DNA of 64,000 nucleotides. Source: Octopus vulgaris (lineage: Eukaryota). The DNA lies in NCBI GenBank assembly GCA_951406725.2, contig OX597827.1, forward strand, positions 84,258,001 through 84,322,000, read 5' to 3'. The notes under the pieces are model-generated. The model was not told the origin of the DNA and searched no databases. It saw only the letters and a program-made list of their open reading frames with translations. Numbering within the stretch: position 1 is the stretch's first letter; every line of letters starts with the position of its first letter. This document shows, one piece after another, positions 13,949 through 26,830 of this stretch. Made by a program: the position numbers and the translations under genes.

Positions 13949-15170
13949 TTAGTTAAAATCATAATTAACTGATCCTCCTGTATTTTCCTTTAACTAAAGG
14001 CAGGAACTTTTTAGCACTCGCTCGTATGTACTAGGGTTAGTACAATGGCAATAAATATTTGAGCTACGGTTGTGATTACAGCAATACTTGCTATAAGATT
14101 GTCAATTGAGGTTAAGTAAGTTAGATGAAGCTAGGGGTTCTGGATAAATTAAAGAAGGATTTTACTATTTTGGCTGGCTTTAATCTGACTGGGAAGTTAC
14201 AATAACTGGCATTTGTTTTTTCTATTTCGATTTGTGAGAGTTTCGATATTTTAAGAGGTAGAATAATTATAAAACAGTTTCTCTTGAAAATCAACCCTAG
14301 CTGATGTAAGGGCAGCTCGGAGAATCTAAGGTTATTCCTGACGTGATTGTTAATGTTCTGAGAGTGTTCTAAAAAAATGTATGTATACAGCTTAAAAATT
14401 CTTTGGAATTTTTAAAAGAGAAATAGAGAAAGATATAGAAAAACATACAAAAAGTTGACTCCATTAGATTCAACAATAATCAAGAATCTAAATTCGTTGA
14501 AAAGCAGGAATAAATTGTCCCATATTCTATCGGCTGTTTCTGGGCTGGAATTATGAAAAGAACATCACATTGATATCCTTAGTAAAGGATGTGTTTAATT
14601 TTGTAGTATTAATTATTGAAACATAGTGGGATCAAGTCCATTAATATTTCTTGTTTTTTTTCTATTTTTTAACCAATCAATGCCGGGGTAGTGTTTTGCA
14701 TTTGAATATTTTAGTATCCTTAGCGTCACCTCTTGACTAGTGACGTGGAAGTCTCAATTTCCGGTGATATCGTATGAATACAAACTGTGATGACAAAGTC
14801 TACAGACATTTCATTGTCCTGCCAGTAAATGACTTCCTGAAGATGTGTCTGTGGAAGTCTTGAAACATTAGTGACAGGTTTCAGAATGTTATTGTTCCAA
14901 ACAACATCAAGGGAGTCAAACGAAAATATGAGGGGTGGGTGGGGGCGATAACTTTATATTTTGTAGTACCGATTATTGAGAAAACACACACACACACGCA
15001 CACACACACACACACGCACACACACACACACACACAGCACTCGGTCAGTAATTCCGTTCATTTAGTTGTGCAATAAATTGTCAATTCATTGAATTAATAA
15101 GTGACTGAGTATTCCACAGACACGAGATCCTCTCAACGTAATTTTTATGTAGAATCAGCAAGAAATAGAC

Positions 15171-15444
15171 CAGTGGTTCTCAGCCCTTTTTCTTCCTATG
15201 GACCCTTTTGATTCCAGTTTTACTCTACTGGACCCCCAAAGACGTTCGATGTTTAAAAATACAATTATTTTCATAATAAAATATTATTAAGAATTTTATA
15301 TAAAAAAAGACTATTGAAATATTTTGTGTATTGTAGAATTATAAACAATTTATAAGAAAATCTTATATGGACCCCCAAGGGCCACGTGATACCTAAAGGT
15401 CGTGTGATCCCCAAGATCCATGTGGTCTCGGTTGAGAACAACTA
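15171..15444. mobile_element. hAT/Charlie-like MITE
   Basis: TIRs CAGTGGTTCTCAGCC ... GGTTGAGAACAACTA match the Charlie-type CAGTGGTTCTCAAC end. The 8-bp flanks aaatagac / acataaag are only 5/8 identical. Confidence 0.75.
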
Positions 15445-15611
15445 ACATAAAGGACGTAACGAGACTGGAGAGGACAGATGCAGAGGTTCCGACCGAGACT
15501 TCCACATTGGCTTCTGTCAACATGGCTTCTGTAAAAAACAAAAACAAAAAGACATTCACCCAAACTGTCATGGAACGGGGTTGTCTGTCTGTCTGTCTGT
15601 CTCTCTCTCTG

Positions 15612-15834
<223 letters not shown>

Positions 15835-15951
15835 ATATGTCTCTGTATATGTAATATATAGTATAGGCTCTGTAGCACAACGGCTGTGCGTCTGACTTCA
15901 GATCATGAGGTTGCATGTTCGAATACCGTCGGGGTTATAATAATTTTTATA

Positions 15952-16297
15952 GGTGCAGGTATGGCTGCGTGGTAAGAAGCTCGCTTCTCAACCACATGGC
16001 TCCGAGTTCAATCCGATTGCGTGGCATCCTAGGCAAGTGTCTTCTACTACAGCCTCCGGTCGATTCAATCCTTGGTTGACGGAAACTGAAAGAAGCTCGT
16101 CGAATATGGATGTGTGTTTGTGTTTGTTCGCCACCACTGCTTGACACGTCACCGTAATTAGCGGTTCGGCAAAAGAGACCAATAGAATAAGCACCAGGCT
16201 TAAAAACAAATAAAATAAGTATTGAGTTCAATAAGAAATTCTTCAAGACGGTGCCCCAGCATGGCCGCAGTCTTAGGACTGAAACAAGTTAAAAGAC
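15952..16297 (+). mobile_element. tRNA-derived SINE, family A
   Basis: Head ggtgcaggtatggctgcgtggtaag (A box) and gagttcaatcc (B box); body gacggaaactgaaagaagc; tail gcggttcggcaaaagagacc...ggtgccccagcatggccgcagtc..gactgaaacaag plus an A-run. Confidence 0.9.
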
Positions 16298-17050
16298 AAA
16301 AAAAAAAAAAAAAAAAAATGTATAAATACACACACACATACATATATGCATATATATATATATACGTATGGATATATATATATATGCATGTCTATATATG
16401 TATGTATGCATATGTATATAAACATGTCTGTCTGTACACACGGATATGCAGGCATGTATGTATGTATGTATGTATGTATGTATGTATGTATGTATGTATG
16501 TATGTATGTATGTATGTATGTATGTATGTATGTATGTATGTGTATACATACACGCATATATATATATACATACCGTACGTCCATATATATCTATATATAT
16601 TATTTGCAATGTTTGAAAGAGAGCGAGTGTGTGTGAGTGTGTGTATGATTTGTCTATAGCCAGAGGAATGGCCCCAACAGCATTCCAGCATTTCAACAGT
16701 CTCAGATCATCATGAAGACAGCAGACAACAGTTTAAACCGAAAATTAATTATGAAGACACAACTCATTAGGTGCCACCTCTCACTCGCAACGTCACTTTG
16801 GTATTTCGTCTGAAGAATCTGCTTTTACTCAGACTGAAAGAAATATATATATAGGCAATCATTCAACGATTGCTAGGAATGTGGCACACGAGGATCAAAA
16901 GCCCCAGTATTCGGTAACGTGACTGTACACATACACATTCGCACACAAATCCGCACACGCATGCAGAGATAGACAAGCAGATAGAGATAGAAAGAGAGAG
17001 ACAGACAGGTAGACGGAGAGAAGGAGATAGAATGATAGATAAATAGATAG

Positions 17051-17104
<54 letters not shown>

Positions 17105-18619
17105 ACGGCCAGTCCCTGTTTCAATTCCTGTTGAAACCCAGTCCACATAAAACGATGAATGACTGAATATTTCTTTTGCTTTATTTATCTTTTTTTTTGT
17201 GTTTTCGAATTTTTTGTTTTTAATTTTAAAATGAAAATTGCCGAAGCTAATTTGGTTGAAGATGTTTCTGTGGGACAAAGAAATCCTCTTCCTACATTTC
17301 CGTGTTATCAAGGTTAAAAGTGAAGTCACGTGACACGAGGTCTTGGAGAAGGGGACGAAACAACAACAGTCCCGGTTAGGGTTAAACTGGGTGACTAAGT
17401 AACCCTTAACTACACAGCCACATTGGTCCCTTGGATAGGAACTTTCCCCACTCTCAAGGTTTTGCTTGACCCGAGGTTAGGATTGAAGGTATTTGCCAAA
17501 AGTGGCGCACCGTGAGACTGGACCTGGAACTTCAGAGCGTCTACATCACCCAGCTATGTCTGCACCATGTTGGCTGCTATTTCTAGTAGAGTAAACGTTG
17601 TTGCTTAGACCACAGTTAACCATGGTTCGGCAGACCTAGAATCAAAGGCATTCCATTCGTAGCCATCTCATCGATATAGAGATGTCTCAGACTACATTTT
17701 CATGAGTGTCTTTCCTGTTTTAAGACGGATTTGATATTTGAGACGGGGTTTAATTGCTACGTGTGGAGGGAAAAATTGAAGAAAACTAGAGGAAATGATG
17801 AAGGCCATTCAATCGCAGATCCTTATGAAACACTAGACTAAGGAAAGTGATGAAGGCCACACAATCCTAAATTGCAACCACATGAAAGATTTTACTGTGG
17901 AAATATTCAAGGTTTATCATGTGCAACTCATTTAGAGATGTTTCTTTTAATTCATTCCTTTTCCTTCTAACTCTTATCTTTACACATCTTTAACCAGAAT
18001 AATCAGAAAGAATGACACCGAAAAGAACAAAATCTAGATTTCTTGCCATACAACAAGTCCACCGTGCTACATTTAGAGGGACAGCGAGTGGACAAGTGAG
18101 AAGTGATAGGAACAGTGTTGATATGTCAACGATGTTGTTATGGTAGTCTGGAACATGTCTGTCTGTCTCTCCCCCCCTCTCTCCTTCTCTCTGTCCTGGT
18201 GGAGGAGTTAACGAAGGTGAACAGTCAAAACATAATTATATCAGAGACCAAAAAAAAAAAAAAAAAAAATCTCCGTACACTGATAGGCATCTCGATAGTT
18301 TTACCGACCAAAGCCTAAAACATCGTTCGAAAGCAAGTGTAGAAAGAGTCAAAGAAGAGAATTCTTAAATGGAAATTTATTCAGTGAACTCAGTAATAAA
18401 TAATAACTAATGCAGTGGTTATGATGTCGATGAGAATGGACGAAAATATTCGAGGGTTTATAACTGTACTCACACACCTCATCCCCCACTCCCATACTTC
18501 TATTTGGTTCAGACCATTTCCACACAAACACATTCTGCGTATTCTTCGCTTGGCATCTACACTGCACAATTAAGGGAAACAGAGGTGCAACTGGTAGTGC
18601 GGAAGAAACCTGCAGAACA

Positions 18620-18650
18620 ATATTCTTTTCTACCCTAGGCACAAGGCCCA
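18620..18650 (-). mobile_element. 31-bp SINE family B tail insertion with a 14-bp TSD
   Basis: Direct repeat aaacctgcagaaca at 18606-18619 and 18651-18664 flanks atattcttttctaccctaggcacaaggccca, which matches the family B 3' end (compare 11433-11460). Confidence 0.8.
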
Positions 18651-18804
18651 AAACCTGCAGAACATGGCCACAGCTCGTGAGCTGAAACTAGATAAAATAA
18701 GTCCTGGGTCGATTTGCTCGACTAAAGGCGGTGCTCTAGCATGGCCGCAGTCAAATGTCTGAAACAAGTGAAAGAATAAAAGAAATATATATATATATAT
18801 ACAT

Positions 18805-20515
18805 ATATTTTATTTATTTATTTATTTTATCTCGTTTCAGCTCACGAGCTGTGGCCATGCTGGGGCACCGCCATTTGGTGTTGCTACATAATTTTACTTC
18901 ACGAATGCTTTTTAGGAATTGACATTTGGTGCATGAGAGAGTTTGATGCAGCTGCCCTCATCTGCACCTCCTGCTGCGAAGTTGGTTCATCTGGGACACT
19001 TGACAGTAAAAGATCCAACTTTATTTTGAAGACACCTACATCCACCCCATGCAAGTCTCTCAGGTCCTTCGGGAGGATATTGAAGAGCTGTGGACCTCTG
19101 AAGCCCAGGCTATTGCAGTATCTTGTCCTACATCTTGATGGCAAATTTGGAGTCCTTCGCACAATTTAGCAACATGCACATGAAAGGATGCATCATTACT
19201 CATGTAGATGCCCAGGTCTCGCACTGACCGTGCTTCTGGAATTGCAATCCTTCCAGGTCCAGTGTATTTAATGGGTACTGCATTTAGTGTTGCATGCTGA
19301 TAGCACAAGGCTTGAAACTTTTCAGCATTAAACTGCATGCTATTCTTTTCAGCCCACTTGTATATTTCATCCAGCTCACATTGCAGGTGCATAGTGTCTT
19401 CAGGGTTCTGTACTGCCTGTGAAACTTTTGTATCATCTGCATAACTTGTGATCGTGGCTCTCTGTGTGGCTGAGGGCATGTCTGAGAGGGCCATTATGAA
19501 CAGTAGTGGTCCCAAAACAGTGCCTTGCGGGACACCGCTCACTATTTGCGTGTCATTAGAGGTGGCCCCATTGGCTACTACCACCTGACTTCTATCCTTC
19601 AGAAAGTTCTGAAGCCATTCTCCCAATTTTCCAACTATGCTGAGATCACGCAGTTTGTGACATATCATTCCATGATCGACTTTGCAAAGTCGAGATATAT
19701 GACTTCCACATTTGAGTAGTTGAGCAGCTGTTTCAGCACCCAGTCATAGTATTGTAAGAGCTGAGTTAGGCAGCTTCTTCCTGGTCGGAAACCATGTTGG
19801 GTGTCAGGCAGCAAGTCATGTGTGACGTTAGAGAGATAGGTCTGTAGTTCTTGGCCTCCGCTCTGCTACTTCCTTTGTGAATAGGGCATATTTTACCTTC
19901 CTTCAGTTTTCTTGGAAGTTTGCCAGTTGCAAGGAAGCTCTGAAAGAGGGACTACAGTGATCTTGCTAGGACTCGCTTAAATACTTTTAGAAGGATTGCT
20001 GGGAATCCATCAGGGCCAGTAGCTGAGTTTGGGTTCATTTCATCTATAGCCCTTATTACATCGTCTTCCTTTATATTGATGTAATCAATCACCATTACCT
20101 CTGATTCTATATCTGCAGTGGTAAAGAAGTCAGTTGGATTGCTGATTTGGAAATGCTCAAGGGGTGGAGTGAAAATACTTTTGAATTGCTCATTTAGTAT
20201 TTCACTTATCCTGATTGGGTTTCCTGTGAGTGTACCATCTTTTTCGAGGAGTGGCCCTATCCTGCAGTGCACCGAAGCTGTTTCTTTGGCAAACTTGTAG
20301 AAAACTCTGGGGTTAGATTTTATATCGTCTATAGCTCAGGCTTCTTTGTCTGCTCTTTCTTTTTCATGGGAGAGTTGCAGATTTTTTTCAATCTCCAGCA
20401 GTTGTATTTTCAGGCGGGACTTTTCACTGCTTTCAATTTGTTTGTTTAGGCGATTTGAAACTTTTGTAGGCCACTCATAAGGATTTTCCTCTCCCTGGGG
20501 ATTTTGTTCTTGTGC

Positions 20516-20516
<1 letters not shown>
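18805..20516 (-). mobile_element. 5'-truncated, internally deleted CR1-type LINE (second family)
   Basis: ORF2 motifs IKSNPRVFYKFAK, ATGPDGFPAILLK, NYRPISLTSH, GVPQGTVLGPLLF, YADD, VRDLGI, GPQLFNILP and VPDEP. It has in-frame stops and deletions near 19820 and 19165. The 3' UTR is followed by an (AAAT)n tail. Confidence 0.95.
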
Positions 20517-20604
<88 letters not shown>

Positions 20605-20607
20605 ATA

Positions 20608-20800
20608 TATGGGTACAGGACGTCACTAACGGTTCAAACAACATGAAATACGTAAAGAACGAGAAAAAATGGAAAACAGGACAAGTATCTATCTATCTGT
20701 CTGTCTGTCTATCGATCTATCGATCTATATACACGCACACACATACATACACACTTCATCAGTTGTCGGCTGTTTATCTACTCCTCATTTCGAGCATTAT
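20608..20800 (-). repeat. Interspersed repeat (possible Penelope pseudo-LTR family), interrupted by SSR; second copy at about 41468-41622 (+)
   Basis: ttcatcagttgtcggctgttt at 20756 is the inverse of aaacagccaacaactgacgaa at 41470; gggtacaggacgtca is the inverse of tgacgtactgtactc. Confidence 0.6.
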
Positions 20801-20988
20801 GTATAAATGCAGACCAGAAATGTGCAATTAACCCTAATTTGGGTGGGTTTTATGTTTATTGTAGAGCAGTGCAACAAGTGTGTGTATAATTTACAAATTA
20901 TGTACTCTACACACTTGAAGGTGGTGCTCCAGCTTAGACTTAGCGATGGCGACGAAAATAAACTAAAGAACACACACAGACATGCGTA

Positions 20989-21046
<58 letters not shown>

Positions 21047-21334
21047 TGTCTAGGCATGCACGTACCTACACACACACACGCATCCACTCGCTACATAGAC
21101 AGTAGTTGGAGGTAAGGCAGTTGTGACAAAGAAAGAAGAGAGTTTGTGTGAGGAAGGTGACGATGACAGGTGAGTCTGATGGCAGCCGAGTCGTCAAAGC
21201 AGTCGTTTACGTCTTTGCCTGTTTATCTTCCTCTCCAACACCTTTTATCTTACAAACACTGATACAATCTAATTCGACCCAACCCACTTGGCTCAGCTGA
21301 ATCTCAAACACAATACCCACTGAACACTCCTACC

Positions 21335-21377
<43 letters not shown>

Positions 21378-21900
21378 CATGCGCGTATGTGTATATGCGT
21401 GAGCATGTAGACATACAGACCATTACGCCCATAGAAAAGTGTGTGTGTAATTTAGTTTGTGTCTCTCAACATTATACACCCTGTGGTAAGTCGATGTTTT
21501 GTATATGTATGGCGTACGTGTGTGTTTATGAGAGAAAGTGTGTGCGAGTGTCTGTGTGTGTGTGTGTGCGTGCGTGCGTGCGTGTGTTTGTTTGTGTGTT
21601 TGTGTGTGTATGTGTGTGTGTATGTGTGTGTGTTTGTGTGAGGCGTTGTTGTCAGGGGTGACTATAAAACCCATAAACTCTGCCCTCTCCTACACTCGAT
21701 CCTTTGGTATTTTAGCCGATCGTTCCATCAGATTGGTTCTTATTTCAATCATTCTTTCAGGAATGAAACACTGTGTGACGTCAACACGGAGTGGGAGTGA
21801 AGTGGGGGCAATGGAGACCGACCCCCAGAGGGTTGGGTAACACACATGGACTCTAGCCTGATGGTGAGCGCTCACACACACACACACACAAAGAAGATGA

Positions 21901-21969
<69 letters not shown>

Positions 21970-22089
21970 CGCCATCGCCACCATCATAGCTACTCTTATT
22001 TTTCATTGTGCGTGTGTAAAAAGCATTTATATACCTTTGTTCCTAAATACACACACACGTGAGTGTATATGTGAGTGTCTATCTATCTG

Positions 22090-22161
<72 letters not shown>

Positions 22162-22162
22162 C

Positions 22163-22255
<93 letters not shown>

Positions 22256-22378
22256 GATCTATATACACGCACACACATACACACATACATACACACCCAT
22301 TCCCTGATATATGGCATAATTGTATTCTTAGTGGTGGCCGTTAGTTTTAGTCCCCCATCATGATTATTATTATTATTA

Positions 22379-22934
22379 TTGAGTGAGCGAGCAGAGCATG
22401 CCATCAAAGTGACACTGGGGTAAAATATACGAAGCCCAGTATACCCATCATGACTACCCGTCTGATAAGGGTACACCAGGCACATGCATCACAACCATAT
22501 GTGCGCGACATGGTGATCTCATATCAAGATAAACAGCACATGACCTTGTAGGTGGGGCCCAGTTAGAATTTTCTTCAGATCGAGTAACCCATCCCGCTCA
22601 AAAGGTCCCTGAATAAGGGTTGTTTAAGGACGTTGAACGAAACACCCATGTTTCCAGAGGTGAATTATTCAAACCCCAAAGAATCCTTCTCAACACATGG
22701 CTATGATGCTCCCCCACTACTTCTGCTCGTGATCAGAGATGCACATATCGTCAGCCACTAAGGGACATGCTCAACTGGTTAAGGTCAAACAACTGACAAG
22801 CAAATCTGTGGTATTGAGCAGAATATTTGCTGTAGCCCATCTTTTATACCAAGACAAAACAATGTACATGATAACACTTCCAATCAGTTACGATCAGAAG
22901 CCATGAGAGCCACTGCCTGGTACTGCATCAGGGC

Positions 22935-22937
<3 letters not shown>
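22379..22937 (-). mobile_element. ~560-bp non-coding element embedded in (AAT)n, copy 2
   Basis: Reverse complement of 10745-11281; flanked by (ATT)n on both sides. Confidence 0.9.
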
Positions 22938-22993
<56 letters not shown>

Positions 22994-23324
22994 GTATTAG
23001 TATACTTCATCCATCATATTGCTAAAACTGGAAATCATTTTTTCGCCAACTCATTTCTGTAAATTAAGGTGTAAATTATTGTTTTTTAATTATTAATTTT
23101 GATTATTAAAACCCTCTCTACCCGGCACTCATTCTCTCTTCTGCATGTAAAGCGATCATAACAGCATAACAGAACTCTTGCTAAAACCGGCGATTTTCTC
23201 TGAATGCATCAAGCAAGTTCTTTAACTATGGTAACTTCTAGAAACACAAGGTTTGTGTTCGGCGAAAATATACTTAATATATTTTAATCTTTTCACTTTT
23301 ACTTGTTTCAATCATTAGACCGCG

Positions 23325-23970
23325 GGGATCTTTTCTGCTTGGCCGCCACTTTTCAATTTTTTCAATTTTGTTCCAATTGATTTCAAATTTGGGCCAAAAA
23401 CCAGTAAATAAGCAGTTAATAGCTTTTGAAGCTCGCAACTATTGGGTAATTTTTGCTAAATGAAATCCACAGACATATCAGTGCCTGTTCCCATAGTAAT
23501 AAGCCAATCACTGGAACTCTTGTTTACGAAAAACCACGTGAGTTTACTAACTGATAGTTTACGCTGTGTTTTTCTGCTTGTACCCCATCTCTTGCTGTTT
23601 TTAGATATTTTAGGGCGCATTCTCGATACCCATCTCTTGAATGCTTAAAGCTAGGTATTGGTTACTCGTTATTTTCAGTAATTTCGCTTATTAAATGCTT
23701 AAAATACGTACTATCGTCGCAATGTCGACACTATTGATTTGTCGTCTTCCGCTGGTAGTCACGCATAAAAGGACAGCTTCCAAAGCCTGTTTTCTGGCTC
23801 AATAAAAATGATCAAACTTTAAAAACCCTTTAACTTTAAAAAATTTGTTTGGGGGATCAAGTGAATTATCTCCTGAGATTCAGTATGAAAATTTACATCA
23901 ATACACCAAATTTGAAAATTTTCACTTAATTTTAAAATTTCAAAAAGTTTAACCGAACAGAAAAGATCTG
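23325..23970. mobile_element. Non-autonomous TIR DNA transposon with GGGATC termini and a 6-bp TSD, nested in a family A SINE
   Basis: Left end GGGATCTTTTCTGCTTGG and right end CCGAACAGAAAAGATCTG. The flanks accgcg / actgca are each one mismatch from the SINE's single-copy ACTGCG. Confidence 0.75.
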
Positions 23971-24284
23971 ACTGCAGCTATGCTGGAGCAGTACCTTGTA
24001 TCGATTCCAGTGCTTATTGTTTTAAAGCATGGTACTTATTCTATCGGTCCCTTTTGCCGAACCAGTAGGTTATGGAAACGTAGATACTCCAGCACTGGTT
24101 GTAAAGCGATGGTAGGAGACAAACACAGGCACACTACGGGCTTCTTTCAGTTTCCACATACCAATTCCACTCACAAAGCTTTGGTCAGTGCAAGGCTATA
24201 GTAGATGACACTTGCCCCAGGTGTCACGCAGAGGGACTGAACCCGGAAGCATGTGTTTGGGAAGCGTATAGCCACGTCTGCGCC
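23971..24284 (-). mobile_element. SINE family A; its 3' tail is displaced to 23290-23324 by the nested transposon
   Basis: Similar to 59391-59773: tacttattctatcggtcccttttgccgaacc, ggcttctttcagtttcc, gacacttgcccc, gggactgaaccc, ctgcgcc. Confidence 0.85.
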
Positions 24285-24810
24285 TATGATATATAACTAT
24301 ATGAATAGTTACTTGGATGTCATGCTAGTGCAAGCAACCCGATAAAAGGTACCTAATACCCTTTGTAAAGAGGCTGGCAAATAAGCGGAGAAAGTGTATG
24401 TTTGAGAAGACCCTGTAGTGATGTCTCGTCGAAGGCATATCAACCTTTCTGGCACAGGTGCCACGGTGAATTACTTCCAGCACGTTAAAGTGGTTGGTGA
24501 AAGGAATGGCATTGAATCGTAGAAACGAAACCAAATCTGAAACGTTCGAGTGAGACGCGATCGTCTTACTTAAGAAGGCGGCGGCTCTTAGTATGAACTG
24601 ACTTGGACTCTGACAACACGCTCAACCCATGCCAGCATGGAAAGCAGACTATTTTGATCTTTTCTTTTTCTTGTTTTAGCCTTCATTGTGTGTGTCTCAG
24701 TATATCTCCTTCTGTCTGTCTGTCTATAAAATGGCTCGTATCCGGTTGGAGGCTCCATTTACACGAACAACGTAGATGATATTTAAAATGAGATTTAAAA
24801 TGATGTAGAG

Positions 24811-24843
<33 letters not shown>

Positions 24844-25797
24844 GACTCTGATGACGATGACGACGGCGGCGGCGACGACGAAGATGATATTAATGTTCAT
24901 GATGATGGTGATGGTTTATGATGGTGACATTGATATAGGAGGAGTTGAGACGTCTGGTGAGAGAGGGAGAGAGGGAGAGAGAGAAGGAAGAGGAGGAGAG
25001 GAGGTGTGAGGTAGAGTGCTGAATCGCGAGATTAGTGGCTAGGATAATAGTAGTGACCACCCCTTTCCCTCCCTCCCCCACTGACACACTACACTTACAC
25101 CTGCCACTTACCACCCCTACACCCGAAAGTCTACCAACGATAGCTACCCCGTACCCCAATTATAGCCAATTTCACACTCAGTCAACGATGAGGGAACGAA
25201 ACCCTGTCACTGACTTCTGTAGCGTCTTTGTGCCGAGTGAATCACCCGTGAAATTGGTTTGTGTAGCCTACATATTTGTCCGGGTAGCGGAGTAAGGTTT
25301 CACAACCAAGCGAATCATTGGACCGTGAAAAGATGACCTATTCCACCCGTCCTACATCATCGCACCCTGGTAAACAGCTAAGGATTATCATCTGAACACT
25401 AGATTGACTTTATTAATATCTCGTGGACCCTAAGCACCCCGGGTAGTTTATGTGTGATTGATGGCCTTTGTTGTCGTCTCTTTGCCTAAACTGTACAATC
25501 CTGTCAGGTAAACTGTACGGTGTGCCGAGTGAAGTAAATTCTACAATGAATTATGCAGAGTATGTGTGGGAGGGTATGCCGGTTAGGGATTCATTAGTTT
25601 AGTAATATTGGTTAGCAAATTAGTTAATTAGTTTATTGATTAGTATGTTGGCTACGTAAGTATTAGCTGTGTCTTTAATTTCGTTTGAAGTAATACGGAA
25701 CTAATAAACAAGCAGACAGACACATAGATAAACAGGTAGGTAGATATATAGAAAGACAGACAGACAGACAGACAGATAGATAGACAGACAGACAGAC

Positions 25798-25906
<109 letters not shown>

Positions 25907-25979
25907 TAGATAAACACGCGTATTGTTTGGAGTCGTTCATACAGTTAATGGCTTGTTTTTATGTAAAAAAAAAACGAAC

Positions 25980-26205
25980 TTATTTTCGTTTTGGGTAGAG
26001 GTGGTCTACGTCACTGTTTATGTGGAAATTATGTGTGCTTGTTAGTATTTTTCGTGTTTCCACATCAATGGTTCGGATCTCATCAAGCGTCCAATCAAGC
26101 AGCCCAAATGTTGGTATGAGTACTGGCACTGCAAAAACATCGTGGGCCACTGTTTTATTGAACGCAGAGAGTGCTGAGATCCAAATTTTCTTTATTCGGG
26201 TTAGA
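25980..26205 (-). mobile_element. R4/Dong-clade non-LTR retrotransposon fragment (post-RT region)
   Basis: RIKKIWISALSAFNKTVAHDVFAVPVLIPTFGLLDWTLDEIRTIDVETRKILTSTHNFHINSDVDHLYPKRK matches the R4/Dong pattern NK..A.N..AVPV....G...W...E...ID..TRK.L.....H..SDVDRLY..R. Confidence 0.85.
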
Positions 26206-26432
26206 GATATGTATGCATGCGTGTATGTATGCATATATATTGTTATATTTTGGGATGATCTCTTTTGACCAAATAAACACACGCATTCCGTATTCGCTCT
26301 TCACTGCTGATTTATTATTGTTCTTATTTTATATCTTTTGTCTGGAAATCTTTTGCTACACATCCTGTGACCTCTTCAGCGACTCTCCATCCCACGTGTC
26401 TCCTCCTGTTCTCTTTAGCCCATATATATATA

Positions 26433-26750
26433 TTTACAAGATAAGGGCAGAAGAAAAATTCTAATGCCAGATACGCCGAAACAAAAAATTGTTGATAACT
26501 ATTAAATTTATGCGTCTCGAAACAAACCGATAGAAGTCTCTAAAAAATTCATTATTACCGTATTGGTCCAATTTCGGGGTTAATTCACAAGAAATTTTCC
26601 CCTCTTCAGCGGCAAATACGCGAAATATAAATGAAATACTTACTCATACCCATGGAAGAAGCAAGCGTCAAGTCCCGAGCAGACTTAAGTACCCCAAATA
26701 TATCCAAAATAGAAAATTCTTCGGCGCACCTCGAGACACGTGTGATTATA
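26433..26750 (-). mobile_element. (TA)n-flanked non-coding element carrying a hammerhead motif (Penelope pseudo-LTR or retrozyme-like)
   Basis: A block of about 320 bp between two (TA)n tracts that contains the hammerhead at 26555-26615. The class is inferred from the known PLE-hammerhead association. Confidence 0.6.
26555..26615 (-). ncRNA. Type I hammerhead ribozyme, intact core
   Basis: Minus strand reads UUGCCG-CUGAAGA-GGGG(19-nt loop)CCCC-GAAA-UUGGACCAAU-A|CGGUAA. Helix I is 6 bp (one G-U), helix II is 4 G-C pairs and helix III is the quasi-palindrome AUUGGACCAAU. Predicted cleavage is after AUA, between 26561 and 26560. Confidence 0.85.
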
Positions 26751-26777
26751 AATATAAAAAAATAATTATAAATTATA

Positions 26778-26830
<53 letters not shown>

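Noticed and set aside
25495-25520. caatcctgtcaggtaaactg, resembling miR-8/miR-200
   Set aside because: Seed mismatch and no pre-miRNA hairpin around it.
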